In this document: positions 1 to 8,481 of the stretch, piece by piece | Layout of the letters: every line of letters starts with the position of its first letter | Position numbering within the stretch: the stretch's first letter is position 1 | Assembly (NCBI RefSeq): GCF_003231495.1 | Contig: NZ_PQWO01000012.1 | Coordinates: forward strand, 150,001 to 182,000 | From: Acaryochloris thomasi RCC1774 | GTDB lineage: Bacteria > Cyanobacteriota > Cyanobacteriia > Thermosynechococcales > Thermosynechococcaceae | DNA: 32,000 nt | Direction of reading: 5' to 3' | Notes under the pieces: model-generated | Told to the model about the DNA's origin: nothing | Databases searched by the model: none | What the model saw: only the letters and a program-made list of their open reading frames with translations | Program-made: the position numbers and the translations under genes

Positions 1-543
1 CGCCACGTGTACTGATAGCGCATGTTTATCCACACCCTGCACAGGATCTTCGACGGTCAACAAACCCCGCCTGATTTTACGGTCAGGATCGGTCAAGAAA
101 TCAGCAAAGCCGACCTGTCCAGCTTTTTCTAGAATTGAGGGCGGTGCCACGCGCTGATTACCAAGAATTGTCTCAACCCCAATTAAGTTTGGCGTTGACC
201 GAAAGACCTCCAGCAGCGCCTGGTGTCCGGTCCCTTCTGGCAAATCTCGATAGAGATCAAGCCCCATCACGCTCGGACCAAGCGCCCGCAGCTGCGTCAG
301 AGCTTTCGCTAAAGTGGCATCAGGAATCGGCCAATCACCAATTGCAGTCAGATCGGCTTCATCAATGGTAACGATCACGATTTCGGCTTCGGTACTCTCT
401 TGAGAGCGCAAACGAAAGAACAGATCGTGGGAGGCCCACTCTAGGAGCCGAAAAATGCCTAGGGCATCACTACCCAGAACCAAAACGGTAACAATAGGGG
501 CAATGAAAAGTGCACCTCGCCATCGCCAAGACTTGAGGTCCAC
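1..543 (-). CDS. CHASE2 domain sensor protein, N-terminal part only (3' end lies beyond the window start)
   Basis: Not in the ORF track because it runs off the window. My minus-strand translation from GTG at 543 reads MDLKSWRWRGALFIAPIVTVLVLGSDALGIFRLLEWASHDLFFRLRSQESTEAEIVIVTIDEADLTAIGDWPIPDATLAKALTQLRALGPSVMGLDLYRDLPEG...FADFLTDPDRKIRRGLL. It shows a TM helix, then the I-x-IDE..L...G.WPW/I..R...A.L...L and GxD-hyd-x-F/Y pattern typical of CHASE2. The frame stays open to position 1. The start lies 8 nt after the DUF928 stop. Confidence 0.75.
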   Translation of the reverse strand, partial: MDLKSWRWRGALFIAPIVTVLVLGSDALGIFRLLEWASHDLFFRLRSQESTEAEIVIVTIDEADLTAIGDWPIPDATLAKALTQLRALGPSVMGLDLYRDLPEGTGHQALLEVFRSTPNLIGVETILGNQRVAPPSILEKAGQVGFADFLTDPDRKIRRGLLTVEDPVQGVDKHALSVHVA

Positions 544-550
544 TACCGAC

Positions 551-1288
551 CTACTGCAGAACGTTTGACGTCGTCAAGGTGTCAAGTTCCTGGGGATTTA
601 GGGCTGTCCATCCCAAAAAGTTACGCCAGGATTGAGCAATCTCAGAATTCTGAGGCTGCTGCCGTTTGAGCTGCGTCAGAGTTGCGATGGTGTCGTACCA
701 AAAGCCAGCTTCTCCTAAGGAAATCGCCTGAGCGATGGAGGGAGCCTGAGCCACAATCGTTGCAACAGATGCATTTGGTATTACTCTTTGAACCCAACCA
801 TCAATAAAGGGGCTGCTGGGCCGCAGTTCTCCATTACACTTCACGGCTAAAAACCATTGATAATGCTTGCTTGGTTCAAGGGCTGGGGCTTGCGCAGGAA
901 GCTGGAAACTGAAGAGACCCGCTTTCCCTGAGATCGGTAAGCTCGTTTCAAAATGAAGCTGCTTTGCTTCATCTTTGAGGCTGAAAAAAACTTCTGTAGC
1001 CGAGGTTTCTGGCAGGTAGGCCACAATTGTGGGGCGCTCTACAGCAGTTAGACCATAATGACTTTCCGGCAGGAGCGCTTTAACCGAAGCCGATTCCGCA
1101 GTGGCAGCCGAGTCACACAACCCACCTCGCGACGCACCTTGAGAAGTTGAAGCACGACGAGGGGCAGGTTTATCAGAAGGCGATTTAAAGGGAATATTGA
1201 CGCTGGCGGCTGCCATCGGAGCCATTGCCCAACTGCCCATGGTCAAAACCATGCTCCCTAGGGCTAGTACTGGAGTCGTACGATACAT
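551..1288 (-). CDS. DUF928 family secreted protein
   Basis: ORF 551..1318. I prefer the internal ATG at 1288, which has an AAGGGGA Shine-Dalgarno about 7 nt upstream and is followed by a signal peptide (MYRTTPVLALGSMVLTMGSWAMAPMAAA). The SRGG-C motif, then GLTAVERPTIVAYLP...FSLKDE...SLPISGKAGLFSFQLP...LEPSKHYQWFLAVKC, matches my memory of the mostly cyanobacterial DUF928 family. Confidence 0.75.
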   Translation of the reverse strand: MYRTTPVLALGSMVLTMGSWAMAPMAAASVNIPFKSPSDKPAPRRASTSQGASRGGLCDSAATAESASVKALLPESHYGLTAVERPTIVAYLPETSATEVFFSLKDEAKQLHFETSLPISGKAGLFSFQLPAQAPALEPSKHYQWFLAVKCNGELRPSSPFIDGWVQRVIPNASVATIVAQAPSIAQAISLGEAGFWYDTIATLTQLKRQQPQNSEIAQSWRNFLGWTALNPQELDTLTTSNVLQ

Positions 1289-1531
1289 ATAGGTCCCCTT
1301 CGTCAATCTGTTCACCATGCCTAAAAATAATTTAAAGTCAATAATTAAAGGCTCTGTCTAGTAGTGAAGCCAACAGCTCATGGATTTAGGCGACTCAAAA
1401 GCCAGATGACAACTGCTAATATATTGCTTGTCAATTAATCAATACTGCAATCTACAGTACTATTCTATTCCTAGTGTGCACTCTAATCTTTTAAATCGCC
1501 AGCTTATGGGTGTGGAAAACACTCTTTTTAC

Positions 1532-4138
1532 CTATAGCCAATTACCTACCAATATAAAGGGTGCCCAGAAAAAAGGAGCGTCATAATCACTCTCTGACAA
1601 TAACGATAGCTGAGCTTGTCTGAGGGCTTCAGCTTTAGTGATTCCTGGGATCTTCAGGGACTGATAAAACTGGCGCATGAAGGTTGCTGTTGATTGATCT
1701 CGAACGGACCAAAGCGTTGCCAGTGTGGCACGGGCACCTGAGCGAACGGCCAATCCGGCCAATCCCAGTACCGCTTTGTCGTCTCCCGCTGCTGTTTGAC
1801 AGGCACTGAGAACTAATAGCTCAATTGCTTGAGAATTTTGTGTTCCCTGTCTAGAAAGCAGTGCACTCAAATCTTGAATATTAAGTCGTCCTTCCCAGGT
1901 CAAAAGGAAGGTCTCAGATGCGTTAGAACTAAACTGCCCGTGGGTTGCCAAATGGACAATGCTAGCGGGTTCTTCGGTAACGCGTTCGGCTAATTTCGGT
2001 CGCGTAAAGTCTTGATTGAGGAGAGTGGTGCTCGGCAAGTTTTGGGAGAGTTGTTTTAGTTCGGAGGTGACAGCGGGGAGTGCACTAAACCCCTGGTGGG
2101 CAAGACTGACGCCGCCTGTAATTGCGCTGAGTTTAGTATCAGCCAATGGGCGAGGCGCTAACAACTGCAGGCCAGGGGAAAGCGCAAGGCGATACTTTTC
2201 AATCAGGTATTGAGTACCGTCGTGGAGAGCCGCCATCGGAATATTGCGCAGTTCACCGTCGAGAACAAACACTAAGGTTTCAACACCTGCAAAGGCCTGA
2301 TCGGCTTCAGCAGAGCGAATCAGTAGATCATACATTTTCTGTGACCGCTGCAGCTGTGCCTCGCTATCATAGGCCAGACTTAAGGATTCTAGGAATGCAT
2401 CAATTTGTGTTTCAACGTCAGCTTCAGCGTTGGGGATGCTGTAGTATCGCGGCGGTTGCTGAGGACGAGAGACAATAATAGCCGTCTGTTCAGGCAGGAT
2501 AATTGAGTAAACAACGGCTGCGGTCGGATCGATTTGGTCAATTTGTACAGGCTGCAGATCGGCACAGGCTTCCCGGAAGAAGTTATCGAGTTCAGCAAGC
2601 TGTAGGGCTTCAATCAAGGCGCGCGCTTCGATTAAGTTGGCTCGACTGGGCTGTTCTTCTTCTAACAGTAGGGCTACAAGCTCTCGATAGGTAGGTTCAA
2701 CACTCTCTCGAAAGGAGAACTGCACCTCTGAACGAATGGTGGCTAAATCGCTACGAAGCTGCTGCAGAGCCTGAGCCGCCTGACGATAGGATGCGATCGC
2801 AAGTCCACTATTCCCCTGCTGCACCTGGAGTCGCCCCAACTGTGTAGCAGCCTGAGCGGTGATGTCAGTCGCTCTCATGCCTTGGGCACGTGCCAAGCCT
2901 TTTTCTGTAACACCAATGGCCTGCTGCAATTGCCCCCGATGTCGGTAGAGTTTTCCCTGCTGAACTAAGGTGTGGGCGGCGGCTTGTCCATCCTGTAGTT
3001 GATTTGCATTAGCAGCGGCCTGCTCTAGCAGTTGCAGGAGAGCATCACTTGATATCGGTGACGGACCGACCTCCCAGGCAAGCGTGGCATTTGCAAAGTT
3101 CACTGCACTGTACACAGCATGACGGCTAGGGGGAAGCCGGGAAATCTGGCGATACAGTTCGGGGACAAGCTGCATCGCTTGCTGCTGTTTTCCAAGTTCA
3201 AGATAGAGACTCAGCTCATTTAACTGGGCGTCAATCTTCTCCCTCGGCTGAGTCGCTGCCTGAGCAGCCTGCTGGAAGAACTTCAGGGCCGCCTGGGTTT
3301 GCTCTAAACCATGCATCGTGCTGCCTAGACTCAAGAGAATAGGGCTACTGGAAATTTTTTCTGCCTGTGCAATCGCAAGACTCTGTTCTAGGGCTTGGCG
3401 ACTTGCTTCAAAGTCTCCGAGCTTTTGGTAGGCGATTCCTAAACTATGCAGTCCTCGCAGCTTCAATATCGAGTTGGGGGTGCTGTTGATCTGCTGGGTC
3501 AAGCCCGTTAAAAGCGTACGGGTCCGGCGATAAAAACCGAGCTGCTGCCAGGCTTGAGCCTGATTGATCTGAGTCCCTAAAGCACCTTGCGCATCGTTGG
3601 CACGCTCATAATACTGATGGGCATTGTTCCAGGTTGCGATCGCATCTTCGGCTTTACCTGTAGAAAACTGCAGACTGGCTTTGGTGTTGAGCGTATGGGC
3701 CCACAGGATCGGCTCTGCAACAGCATTTGATTCTAAGAGGCGTAGACTAGTTGCGATCTCATTTTCAGCAGCTTGCCACTGGGACAATTCTTGATAAGCC
3801 AATGACCCATAACTCAGACTCAAAGCCTGATTGGCAAAATCTCCCTGGCTAGCATAGGTTTCTGCTGCGGCCTGAAAAGAAGTAGCAGCCTCTGCAAACA
3901 ACCCGGCGGAGTAAAGACGCCTTCCCTCTTTTAAAAACTCTTCTTCAGACCGCTCAGTTTCTTTAGTCTGCTGCGCGAGAACAATGAAAGGTTCGGTACC
4001 GACAGAAGCTACCACAGGCTTTGAGGCTACCAGTCCCCCTATCCCCATCCAAATAAACAGCCAGAACAGAAGCGGCTGAGCGACCCTACGCTTAGAGGAA
4101 TGGCAAACCCTATCTTTTTGGCTTGTAGAAGCTAACAT
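1532..4138 (-). CDS. TPR-repeat CHAT domain protein (caspase-like peptidase) with N-terminal hydrophobic anchor or signal
   Basis: 868-aa ORF. A hydrophobic segment LLFWLFIWMGIGGLVA lies near the N-terminus. About 400 aa of TPR-like repeats follow (recurring A..Y/W..A...G pattern). The C-terminal CHAT domain has the His motif VHLATHGQF (His codon 1940-1942) and the Cys motif LVLSACQTA (Cys codon 1799-1801). Confidence 0.9.
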   Translation of the reverse strand: MLASTSQKDRVCHSSKRRVAQPLLFWLFIWMGIGGLVASKPVVASVGTEPFIVLAQQTKETERSEEEFLKEGRRLYSAGLFAEAATSFQAAAETYASQGDFANQALSLSYGSLAYQELSQWQAAENEIATSLRLLESNAVAEPILWAHTLNTKASLQFSTGKAEDAIATWNNAHQYYERANDAQGALGTQINQAQAWQQLGFYRRTRTLLTGLTQQINSTPNSILKLRGLHSLGIAYQKLGDFEASRQALEQSLAIAQAEKISSSPILLSLGSTMHGLEQTQAALKFFQQAAQAATQPREKIDAQLNELSLYLELGKQQQAMQLVPELYRQISRLPPSRHAVYSAVNFANATLAWEVGPSPISSDALLQLLEQAAANANQLQDGQAAAHTLVQQGKLYRHRGQLQQAIGVTEKGLARAQGMRATDITAQAATQLGRLQVQQGNSGLAIASYRQAAQALQQLRSDLATIRSEVQFSFRESVEPTYRELVALLLEEEQPSRANLIEARALIEALQLAELDNFFREACADLQPVQIDQIDPTAAVVYSIILPEQTAIIVSRPQQPPRYYSIPNAEADVETQIDAFLESLSLAYDSEAQLQRSQKMYDLLIRSAEADQAFAGVETLVFVLDGELRNIPMAALHDGTQYLIEKYRLALSPGLQLLAPRPLADTKLSAITGGVSLAHQGFSALPAVTSELKQLSQNLPSTTLLNQDFTRPKLAERVTEEPASIVHLATHGQFSSNASETFLLTWEGRLNIQDLSALLSRQGTQNSQAIELLVLSACQTAAGDDKAVLGLAGLAVRSGARATLATLWSVRDQSTATFMRQFYQSLKIPGITKAEALRQAQLSLLSESDYDAPFFWAPFILVGNWL

Positions 4139-6264
4139 GTTTGTGCTGCGTCTCCAAGGTCTGCTGAAACTAAGTTCGGTTGATGATTTACAAGCCTCAT
4201 ACGTCCTTGAGCATCACGGTGCCAGCCTGTTGCTTCTAGTAACGGGGCTGGTGTCACTGGCCTAGTAGCATATTCCTGTGAAGGATACCCTCGCTGCTGC
4301 GTCGTGCGAAAAGCCGAAAGGTCACGCACATCATTCCATAGCTGTGGATTACTCACTAAATCCTGAGGGCTGGAGGGGACACCTCCCCGACCTGCTAATA
4401 CAAAGCTATTGCCTTGCTTGGCTGCACAACCGATAGCAATCTTCTGACTTGGGTCGCTGACGCCTTCAGGCAAGTTGACAAGAGCTGAGTCTGGGTCAGA
4501 GACAAGTGTGTCGATTTCAATGCCTCCAGCAAGTCCAAATTCAGAGCTAGCATCAATATCATTGGTTCCATTACCTGCAATCGCCTGCCGTTCTGCGAAG
4601 CCAAACAAACCTTGGGTATTAATAGTAATATTGCCCCCCATCCCCTCAAAAGCATTGGCAACGATATTGCTATCTTGACTCGGACTTGCAAAAACAAGAC
4701 CTGCATCTATTGCGATATTGCCGCCATCACCAGTCCCCCCAGCTTCTGCTGTAATCTGACTGTTGTTACTCAGCAGCAGCAGCCCTGAGACTTGCAGATT
4801 GATATTGCCGCCTCTACCAACTTCTGTCTGTGCATTAAGAAGGCCTTGATCAAGAGTTAAGGTATCCGATGTGATGTTGAGAGTGCCTGCGGCTCCAGAT
4901 CCTGAACTCGTAACGACAACTTGCGCACCATCTCTGATCGTTAATTGCGGAGTATTGATACTTAAGACTCCACCAGCACCGGAGCCATCAGTTGCAGCGG
5001 ATAAGTTACTTGGTATTGGAACTGGTGAGCCAATACCAGAAATTTCTATCAGCTCAGAGGCGTTAATGACTATATCGCCTGCCTTTCCCTGGCTAAGAGT
5101 GCCAGAAGAGATAAAACCTCCGTTGCGGATGAACAGCTTCTGAGTATCAATCAGGATATCTCCTCCGTTACCAGTTACTGGTGCATTTATTACCTCCTGT
5201 TCATCGATACCGACTTGCGAGAACAAAGAACTCGGCACACCATCAATTTCAACTGAGTCAGTTGCGAGAACTTCTATATTGCCGCCATTACCAAAATCGG
5301 TAGTAGCATTGGAGATCTGTGTATTACTTAGGACAATGTGCCGACCTCTGAGTCGAATCGTCCCACCAGCGCCACTAGCATCGATGGAGGCCAGATCGCC
5401 AAACAAAGCTGGAACCACAGAGGGATCGAGAGGACCCAAACGAATATCTTGAAAGCTTTCAACCAAGCTGTAGTCAAGTGCCCACCCTTGATTGACCTCA
5501 GTCAAGCCAACAAAGCTATTTCTATCAACACTACCAAGCTCAACCCGTCCTCCTAAAGCAGTAAGATGTCCACCTTCAAACATCACCTCCCTCCCGACAA
5601 GAACCAACGCATTACCTGGCCGTACCTGCAAGCCAACTGGATCCCCAGATGGAGCCAAGCCCAGGGGAGATATGTTAGTAATGGGCATTGCATTAGATTG
5701 ATTGGTGATACCTCCCGGAGCTTCCCCAAACTGCAAGCCAATGGGAGAATTAACTGTCAATAGCGGAGTTGCTTGCGAGGATGCGGCACTAAACACCGTG
5801 CCGTCTGCAAAGGTTAAATCACTAGCAGTAGTTCCAAGGAACGAACCACCAATATCAAGAATTGCATTTGGGCCAAAAATGATACCGTTTGGATTGATCA
5901 AAAAAAGATTAGTGGCTCCCCCAACCTGCAAAGTGCCATCGATATTGGAAATAGAGCTACCTGTCACCCGGCTGATTATATTTTCGACAGATGTATTGCC
6001 AGGCAGACGAAAATTTGCAACCTCACCCGTACGAATAGAAAATGCCTCAAAACTATGAAATAGATTGCTGCCGCGCTGAATACCACCCGTAATCTCTACC
6101 GACGACCCAGCGGTGCTGACTCGCGTTGACAGTGTACCGTCTGGCGCAGCTTGCGCAGTTGACGGGCAAGCGCCCAGTAAGAGGTTTCCTCCAATACATA
6201 TCCCGCAACACAGCCAAGAGTGAATCCACTTATTGGCAACACGAACATTACTTAATAGATACAC
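4132..6264 (-). CDS. Filamentous-hemagglutinin-N-terminal (TPS) domain beta-helix exoprotein, TpsA-like
   Basis: The longest ORF is 4132..6372 with a TTG start. I prefer GTG at 6264, which gives the signal peptide MYLLSNVRVANKWIHSWLCCGICIGGNLLLGACPSTAQA. TPS-domain motifs are NLFHSFEAFSI and LFLINPNGIIFG (first Asn of NPNGI, N160, at 5893-5895). About 9 GGNI-type beta-helix rungs follow (GNGGNIEV, GNGGDILIDT, GRGGNINLQV, GDGGNIAIDA, GMGGNITINT). The start codon is uncertain. Confidence 0.85.
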   Translation of the reverse strand: MYLLSNVRVANKWIHSWLCCGICIGGNLLLGACPSTAQAAPDGTLSTRVSTAGSSVEITGGIQRGSNLFHSFEAFSIRTGEVANFRLPGNTSVENIISRVTGSSISNIDGTLQVGGATNLFLINPNGIIFGPNAILDIGGSFLGTTASDLTFADGTVFSAASSQATPLLTVNSPIGLQFGEAPGGITNQSNAMPITNISPLGLAPSGDPVGLQVRPGNALVLVGREVMFEGGHLTALGGRVELGSVDRNSFVGLTEVNQGWALDYSLVESFQDIRLGPLDPSVVPALFGDLASIDASGAGGTIRLRGRHIVLSNTQISNATTDFGNGGNIEVLATDSVEIDGVPSSLFSQVGIDEQEVINAPVTGNGGDILIDTQKLFIRNGGFISSGTLSQGKAGDIVINASELIEISGIGSPVPIPSNLSAATDGSGAGGVLSINTPQLTIRDGAQVVVTSSGSGAAGTLNITSDTLTLDQGLLNAQTEVGRGGNINLQVSGLLLLSNNSQITAEAGGTGDGGNIAIDAGLVFASPSQDSNIVANAFEGMGGNITINTQGLFGFAERQAIAGNGTNDIDASSEFGLAGGIEIDTLVSDPDSALVNLPEGVSDPSQKIAIGCAAKQGNSFVLAGRGGVPSSPQDLVSNPQLWNDVRDLSAFRTTQQRGYPSQEYATRPVTPAPLLEATGWHRDAQGRMRLVNHQPNLVSADLGDAAQTC

Positions 6265-6415
6265 CTTAGTTTCTGTGAGATATTTCTGACAGCTTCCTGG
6301 AAGTATACCCACATTTGTATTTTTGCCAACATTGAGAACAAGGCAGAATCGCAAAACATTGCAAACTTGCAACGCACAAATACTATTTATCCGCTAGCGC
6401 CTTGATTCTCTACCC

Positions 6416-6457
6416 AAAAAACAACGTAATAGTGCCGTAAGCCTATTACGTTGTTTT
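6416..6457 (-). terminator. Rho-independent terminator candidate downstream of the 69-aa gene
   Basis: Inverted repeat aaaacaacgtaatag / ctattacgttgtttt (about 13-15 bp stem, 10-nt loop tgccgtaagc). Read on the minus strand, the stem is followed by TTTTTT. It lies 57 nt after the stop of ORF 6514..6723. Confidence 0.5.
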
Positions 6458-6513
6458 ACGTTTCTACTTAGGTATATCGCTTTCTCAACACCCCAAAATC
6501 AAGGGCTGGGCAT

Positions 6514-6723
6514 CTACCAACAAAATCTTCCAATGCCTGCAATTGTAATACAGCGTTGAGGCTCAACAACTCGCTTGATAACATCTTGGCTTTCACTCGA
6601 ACTCTGCTCAGCCTGATCAAGCTGAGGCTGAGCTTGAACTTTCTCTGCCATCAGAATTGGGCCAGAAGCAGCAGAGAAGGTCATGGCACTGATCGCTAGG
6701 GCCAAGGAGAATTTAGTTTTCAT
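6514..6723 (-). CDS. Small secreted protein (69 aa), unknown function
   Basis: N-terminal signal peptide MKTKFSLALAISAMTFSAASGPILMA, an acidic Gln/Ser-rich middle and the C-terminus RCITIAGIGRFCW (Cys-x10-Cys-Trp). It has its own downstream hairpin terminator. Confidence 0.5.
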   Translation of the reverse strand: MKTKFSLALAISAMTFSAASGPILMAEKVQAQPQLDQAEQSSSESQDVIKRVVEPQRCITIAGIGRFCW

Positions 6724-7205
6724 GATGCTTATGAATCCTTAAGTGAATCTACTGAATTCGAACAGATTTAAGTCACTCAAAATTGTTCTGAAAATGAATT
6801 CAGAATTTATCCCCCAAGAGTTCCCCCATGTGCTAGACCAGCTAGCACTGAACGTCATGCGTAAAACTACGCAAAATGTCAGATAACTAGTTGGAATTGT
6901 ATAGTAAAAAGACTAATGTGGCATCCCCCAAACAGGTGAGATGAGATTAGTATGACCATACGTCAAAGTGCCACGTCATTGCTTAGCCTTGAGAAATGTA
7001 CAAGTTTCCCACTATTGGAAGTATTTTGACGGCGATTCTTCTATCAGGCTTTGTTGACATCCCTGTCTTTCAAGCTACGGCCTCTAGGTAGTGAAAGACA
7101 GAAGATATTGCTCTATGCGTGTGCTTGCCGCTGGAGTTGCCCTGATGTGTGGACTACGATCCAACTATAATAATCTTTGTCCTATCTCATTAAGAGTCTG
7201 CAGCC

Positions 7206-8462
7206 GTGACCGTTTCTCCCGTCTCCCCTGCCGCAACATCAAATCCAACTCAACTTCCTGATGCGCTGGGTCGATTTGGTGTATTCGGAGGCAAGTATGT
7301 TCCTGAAACCTTGATGCCTGCCCTCAGTGAGCTAGAAGAGGCGTTTGAGAAATATCGAGATGATTCTGGCTTTCAAGAGCAGCTCAACGGTCTCCTGAGA
7401 GATTATGTCGGACGGGCCAATCCGCTGTACTTCGCAGAACGTCTGACGGCTCACTATGCACGTCCCGACGGCACAGGACCACAAATTTATCTCAAGCGTG
7501 AGGATCTCAATCATACGGGTGCTCACAAGATCAACAACGCTCTGGCGCAGGTATTGCTAGCGCAACGAATGGGCAAGCAGCGCATTATTGCAGAAACAGG
7601 TGCAGGCCAACATGGCGTCGCCACCGCCACTGTCTGTGCTCGATTTGGCTTACAGTGTGTCATCTACATGGGTGTTCAAGACATGGAGCGTCAATCGCTC
7701 AACGTGTTTCGGATGCGTTTGCTAGGAGCAAAGGTCCAACCAGTAGAGGCCGGCACCGGAACGCTCAAGGATGCCACGTCAGAGGCAATTCGTGACTGGG
7801 TGACTAACGTTGAGACCACACACTACATTTTGGGTTCCGTTGCGGGTCCACACCCCTATCCGATGATGGTCCGCGATTTTCATGCGGTCATTGGTCGAGA
7901 AACACGGCAGCAGTGCCAAGAGCACTGGGGTGGATTGCCCGATATCTTGCTGGCCTGCGTCGGTGGTGGCTCCAATGCAATGGGTCTGTTCCATGAGTTT
8001 GTTAAGGACTCTTCAATCCGCATCATTGGCGTCGAGGCTGCCGGTGAAGGTATTGGCAGCGGACATCATGCCGCGACTCTCACTCAGGGACAGATTGGTG
8101 TTCTGCATGGTGCAATGAGCTATTTACTGCAGGATGATGACGGTCAAGTAGAGGAAGCGCATTCGATTAGTGCCGGGCTAGATTATCCGGGTGTCGGACC
8201 GGAGCACAGCTTTTTGAAAGATAGCGGTCGTGCAGAGTATTTCAGCGTCACCGATGCTGAGGCGATTGCAGCCTTTCAGCGCCTCTCTGAACTAGAGGGG
8301 ATTATTCCGGCCCTAGAGACCAGTCATGCGATCGCATATCTTGAAACCCTCTGTCCACAGCTAACAGGCAGCCCGCGCATCGTGATCAACTGTTCAGGCC
8401 GGGGGGATAAAGATGTACAAACCGTGGCCAAATTTCTGGAACATCTCCAGAGCGACACCTAA
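7206..8462 (+). CDS. trpB: Tryptophan synthase beta chain
   Basis: [20 protein letters not shown], the PLP-lysine motif [21 protein letters not shown] and GGGSNAMG. Full length (418 aa, GTG start). Confidence 0.97.
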   Translation: MTVSPVSPAATSNPTQLPDALGRFGVFGGKYVPETLMPALSELEEAFEKYRDDSGFQEQLNGLLRDYVGRANPLYFAERLTAHYARPDGTGPQIYLKREDLNHTGAHKINNALAQVLLAQRMGKQRIIAETGAGQHGVATATVCARFGLQCVIYMGVQDMERQSLNVFRMRLLGAKVQPVEAGTGTLKDATSEAIRDWVTNVETTHYILGSVAGPHPYPMMVRDFHAVIGRETRQQCQEHWGGLPDILLACVGGGSNAMGLFHEFVKDSSIRIIGVEAAGEGIGSGHHAATLTQGQIGVLHGAMSYLLQDDDGQVEEAHSISAGLDYPGVGPEHSFLKDSGRAEYFSVTDAEAIAAFQRLSELEGIIPALETSHAIAYLETLCPQLTGSPRIVINCSGRGDKDVQTVAKFLEHLQSDT

Positions 8463-8481
8463 GATTTAGGCATCACTCGTT

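Noticed and set aside
135-371. 78-aa plus-strand ORF at the left edge
   Set aside because: It lies antisense to a minus-strand frame that is open from 543 to 1 and reads as a clear CHASE2 domain. The plus-strand product is Pro/Ala/Ser/Arg-rich, as is typical of antisense frames.
1532-4138. TPR-CHAT as a Csx29/Craspase-type CRISPR-associated protease
   Set aside because: The window has no CRISPR array, gRAMP or cas genes. The protein has an N-terminal hydrophobic export or anchor segment, and its neighbours are envelope proteins (TpsA-like, DUF928, CHASE2).
2016-6058. Numerous 60-120-aa ORFs overlapping the CHAT and TpsA-like genes on either strand (e.g. 2146..2478, 4395..4706, 5702..6058)
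   Set aside because: All are nested in or antisense to long ORFs that carry strong domain motifs. Their products are Arg/Pro/Ser-rich or low-complexity. The same reasoning applies to 7332..7526, 8766..9137, 11271..11552, 12650..12889, 14204..14699, 15569..15859, 18546..19180 and 20040..21166.
7115-7261. Possible trp leader peptide or attenuator upstream of trpB
   Set aside because: The 48-codon ORF beginning at 7115 contains no Trp codons and overlaps the trpB start out of frame. The nearby hairpin (7063-7101) has no following T-tract.
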